Source: a virus (Duplodnaviria; Caudoviricetes). From it: DNA of 64,000 bases. The DNA lies in IMG/VR virus record IMGVR_UViG_3300031992_000067, positions 18,360 through 82,359 of that record. The stretch is one strand, 5' to 3'. The position numbers and the translations under genes were made by a program. Under the pieces are notes generated by a model. That model was given only the letters and a program-made list of their open reading frames with translations. It did no database searches and had not been told where the DNA came from. Shown here in pieces: positions 62,565 to 64,000 of the stretch (position 1 is the stretch's first letter; each line of letters opens with the position of its first letter).

Positions 62565-62742
62565 ATCGCCCGAGACAACCAGAGAGCACGCCAGATACGC
62601 GTGGGAGGGGCTTAAAATGGTTGTAGGAAGCTCTGCCGTTCTCGCGTGGCGGGGGGTAAAGGCCGCGTATGGCAAGATTCGCGGCGCGATTAAGAATCGG
62701 AAGGGAAGTGGCGATGGAGATCGAACGGAAGGAGCGGCGTAG
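62533..62742 (+). CDS. Hypothetical protein
   Basis: AGGAGG RBS. Confidence 0.5.
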   Translation: MERQRETIVIESPETTREHARYAWEGLKMVVGSSAVLAWRGVKAAYGKIRGAIKNRKGSGDGDRTEGAA

Positions 62743-63280
62743 CAGCCGCAAGGTGGTGATAAGGGCCCTTAAAAAGACAACTAAGTCAATATCGGAACAG
62801 CCTAACACCAAGCTGGTGTACGCCGAGGACCAGACTTTCGGTGTGATGATCGTATACGCCTATTCGGACTTCAAGACTTATAGGAAGTTGTCAAACCTTC
62901 TGTTCAAGAACCCGAAGCCAAGCGAGTTCCCGGCAAACGGATTCGCGGCGTTCGGGCCGTCCATAGACGAAATTGACAAGATGCTATGCCTTGTATGGGT
63001 AAGCAACAGGCAGCCTCTAAACGAGACGCTCCCGGTGTTTGTGCACGAGATTTCGCACCTGTCACAGGACATGCTGGACCACGCAGGCGTGCAGGACAAG
63101 TCCGGCGAGGTCCAGGCGTACACCATAGAGCGCGAGACCGTAAGAGTAATGAGGGAGATGCTGGGCATGAAGGTTTCCAGATCTCCGTCGATAAAGAAGG
63201 TAAAGGAGATAGTCGATGGAAAATCCGCTGAGGTACGACCCTGTCCCGAAGACGGTCGCCCAGGAGATAAAGACCAATAG
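62714..63280 (+). CDS. Zincin-like (HExxH) protein
   Basis: VHEISHL...GEVQAY. Confidence 0.5.
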   Translation: MEIERKERRSSRKVVIRALKKTTKSISEQPNTKLVYAEDQTFGVMIVYAYSDFKTYRKLSNLLFKNPKPSEFPANGFAAFGPSIDEIDKMLCLVWVSNRQPLNETLPVFVHEISHLSQDMLDHAGVQDKSGEVQAYTIERETVRVMREMLGMKVSRSPSIKKVKEIVDGKSAEVRPCPEDGRPGDKDQ

Positions 63281-64000
63281 CGTCGGTTTCTCTGAGTTCA
63301 GCTCCTGGTTCGACAAGAAGGCCGCTGAAAAAGCCGCAGAGTTGAAACCGGGTCAGGATGCGGGAAAGGCCGAAGGCCAGAAGGGGATGGCCGCAGCCGC
63401 GACAGCCCACGCCAACATCCTCCAGGCCGCGCAGGCAATAGCCCGCAAGCTGGCCGTGAACGGCGTCGTAACAATAGACGACGTGGTGCACGAGATGCGC
63501 CGCCTCGGCTACCGGGAGTCCGACATCGAGGCCGGCGACAAGAAGGCCAAGAACTGGAAGGGGTCTGTGTTCGCGGATGCAGACTGGGTGTGCATAGGGT
63601 CCATAGCCTCAAGGGAGAAATCAGCGCACGGACGGCACGTCCGGCAGTGGGTCACCAGGGGATGGCTTAACCTGCACCCGGTTAACGGGAGCGAAAACAC
63701 AGAGGCCGCGTTCCACCTGTTCAAGCTGTATAACGAGGCAAGGCATTACTACCCAGTCGGCACAGAGCTGTGCTTCATGCTTGGAGAGGACATGCTTGAC
63801 TCGTCGTTCGACGAGCTAAGGGAGGTTAGGGACAAGTTCGCGCCTGACGGAAGCATTGTCGCTGTAAAGCCGAAGAGACTGTACGGCCTGCTTGTGTTTC
63901 CGATGAAGGGAGTGGGGGCTGTATGCCTGCCTCGCCGAAATGTGGAGTCGGAGCTTAGGCACGTGTCGCTAACCAACAGGCTGACGGATCCTGATGAATC
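63216..64000 (+). CDS. Hypothetical protein (runs off the window end)
   Basis: ATG 63216 after AAGGAG; frame checked open to 64000. Confidence 0.65.
   Translation, partial: MENPLRYDPVPKTVAQEIKTNSVGFSEFSSWFDKKAAEKAAELKPGQDAGKAEGQKGMAAAATAHANILQAAQAIARKLAVNGVVTIDDVVHEMRRLGYRESDIEAGDKKAKNWKGSVFADADWVCIGSIASREKSAHGRHVRQWVTRGWLNLHPVNGSENTEAAFHLFKLYNEARHYYPVGTELCFMLGEDMLDSSFDELREVRDKFAPDGSIVAVKPKRLYGLLVFPMKGVGAVCLPRRNVESELRHVSLTNRLTDPDE

Noticed and set aside
1-64000. Stop-codon reassignment (amber or opal recoding)
   Set aside because: Long conserved genes are uninterrupted in the standard code, and TAG, TGA and TAA all end genes with tight spacing or coupling to the next gene
1-64000. CRISPR array, integrase, transposase, reverse transcriptase or DGR
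   Set aside because: No regularly spaced repeats and no corresponding protein motifs seen

Overview
This window is part of a large tailed dsDNA phage genome (Caudoviricetes-like; host not identifiable from the sequence). About 120 mostly short, tightly overlapping genes lie on the + strand. The only clear - strand gene is a GpA-like terminase large subunit. Recognisable genes include family A DNA polymerase with a degenerate UDG-like N-terminus, DnaB-like helicase, primase, SF2 helicase, RecA-like recombinase, a probable SSB, and SbcD and SbcC 20 kb apart. Accessory genes include a C5 DNA methyltransferase, Rnl2-type RNA ligase, HAD phosphatase, NadE, MYG1-family hydrolase, metacaspase, membrane-anchored HNH, tRNA-Ile2(CAT) and tRNA-Arg(CCT). 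The most unusual feature is a gene-free stretch of about 930 nt (5058-5990) that folds almost entirely into hairpins, with G-U pairs, five GNRA tetraloops and two similar pseudoknot-like modules. It has its own promoter-like element, sits between the MYG1 gene and a small basic ORF, and is a candidate novel large ornate ncRNA/RNP system. Other notable signals are a repeated terminator-TTTACCT-promoter cassette and a helically phased A-tract patch at 1495-1654. All family calls come from motif recognition by eye; no database searches were run.
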